From assembly GCA_934182615.1 (NCBI GenBank), contig CAKPRO010000001.1:78197-142196 (forward strand): DNA of 64,000 nt. The letters are read 5' to 3'. Under the pieces are notes generated by a model that searched no databases, was not told where the DNA came from, and saw nothing but the letters and a program-made list of their open reading frames with translations. The translations under genes were made by a program, and so were the position numbers. The stretch is from an uncultured Bacilli bacterium. Lineage in GTDB: Bacteria > Bacillota_I > Bacilli_A > RF39 > UBA660. Positions within the stretch are counted from its first letter, which is position 1, and every line of letters begins with the position of its first letter. This document shows, piece after piece, positions 63,147 through 64,000 of the stretch.

Positions 63147-63911
63147 TTATTCACCTCCAATCGAATCTAAAATACTAAGTATTCTCTCCATATTTTCCAT
63201 ATCAGGATTAATATTAGAAAGTATCATACCTTTAATAATTAATTTAACAGAATCATTATATGATATACCTCTACTCATCAAATAGAATAAATCTTCTTCA
63301 TTAATACTACCAATAGTAGAACTATGAATAGCGGTAACATCTTCTTCACTAATAAACATATTAGGATTAACTCTATTATCAGAATCACCTAAAGTAACAA
63401 TCTTTGTACTTTGATTTAAGTAGCAGTCCTTAATACCATTATCAACATAACTATTAATATCAAAGTAATTAGAACTATTTTCTTTAGCTACAATTCTATT
63501 AAATACATCACTACTAGTATTATTATCTAAATGATAAACATTAATTTTATAAAAATTATCATTATTACTAATACTAGAAAAATTATATTTAATATTAGCT
63601 CCTCTTTTATTTAAATTAATATTAACTACTTCATTACATTTATTATTATAATAAAATTTACTTATTATTAAAGAAGAAGCCATATCTAAATTATACTTAA
63701 TATTAAAATTAATATCATTATTATTAGAATACTCAAATAAATGAATACATTTATTATTATTAACGTTAATACATAAACTTACATTATTACAATCTATATA
63801 ATCAATAAAATAATTACCATTATTATTAAAATTAATACTATTATCATTAATTTCTACATCATCACTAACAAATGGAATAATTTTATTGTTTACTACTTTT
63901 ATTTTATTCAT
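63147..63911 (-). CDS. sufD: SufB/SufD-family Fe-S assembly protein (short SufD-like, 254 aa)
   Basis: The C-terminal beta-helix region resembles SufD/SufB (LFYLMSRGIS...). An AAAGAGGACAATAATG RBS overlaps the upstream gene's stop. Confidence 0.65.
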   Translation of the reverse strand: MNKIKVVNNKIIPFVSDDVEINDNSINFNNNGNYFIDYIDCNNVSLCINVNNNKCIHLFEYSNNNDINFNIKYNLDMASSLIISKFYYNNKCNEVVNINLNKRGANIKYNFSSISNNDNFYKINVYHLDNNTSSDVFNRIVAKENSSNYFDINSYVDNGIKDCYLNQSTKIVTLGDSDNRVNPNMFISEEDVTAIHSSTIGSINEEDLFYLMSRGISYNDSVKLIIKGMILSNINPDMENMERILSILDSIGGE

Positions 63912-64000
63912 TATTGTCCTCTTTAGTTATAACATTTTCCTTATTTAAATATTTATTGTATCCATTTTTTTCAATATCATTAGCAAGAGAATAGTCTCCA
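63908..64000 (-). CDS. sufC: 3' end of the upstream suf gene (probably the sufC ABC ATPase); partial
   Basis: Open frame ending NNE* and overlapping the sufD start by 4 nt (ATGA). The C-terminal ...NGYNKYL resembles the SufC C-terminus. Confidence 0.4.

Overview
This is a very AT-rich (~25% GC) origin-proximal chromosome segment from an endospore-forming low-GC Firmicute. Sporulation genes present: spoIIID, spoIID, a spoIIQ-like gene, spoVT, a bofA-like gene, yaaT. The backbone is Bacillus/Clostridium-like: pepF, ychF, lysS, dusB, mbl, metG, mfd, pth, rsmI, holB, recR, ybaB, dnaX, tadA, gyrA, gyrB, recF, dnaN, dnaA, polA, polC, sufCDSU. A bipartite oriC flanks dnaA, with DnaA boxes both upstream of dnaA and in the dnaA-dnaN spacer. 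Most genes are on the minus strand, co-directional with the leftward fork. Three short-sequence systems dominate the non-coding DNA. (1) A tandem array of seven parS sites (TGTT[C/T]CACGTG[A/G]AACA, four exact matches to the B. subtilis consensus) with ~150-bp periodicity lies between tadA and the SRP RNA; each unit also carries a DnaA-box-like TTATCAACA. (2) Seven copies of the Noc-binding palindrome TATTTCCCGGGAAATA are dispersed; two are in-frame inside dnaX and one encodes the recF C-terminus plus its stop codon. (3) A ~50-nt REP-like element with a covarying-stem hairpin and conserved CCUNNNGU loop occurs five times, once as an inverted REPIN-like pair flanked by Noc sites between polA and polC. 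Other notable points: a solitary HerA/DUF87-type ATPase occupies the position left of oriC; a ComK-family gene sits between dnaN and recF; a Met-type T-box leader precedes dut-metG; an SRP RNA with a perfect sigma-A promoter lies upstream of tadA.
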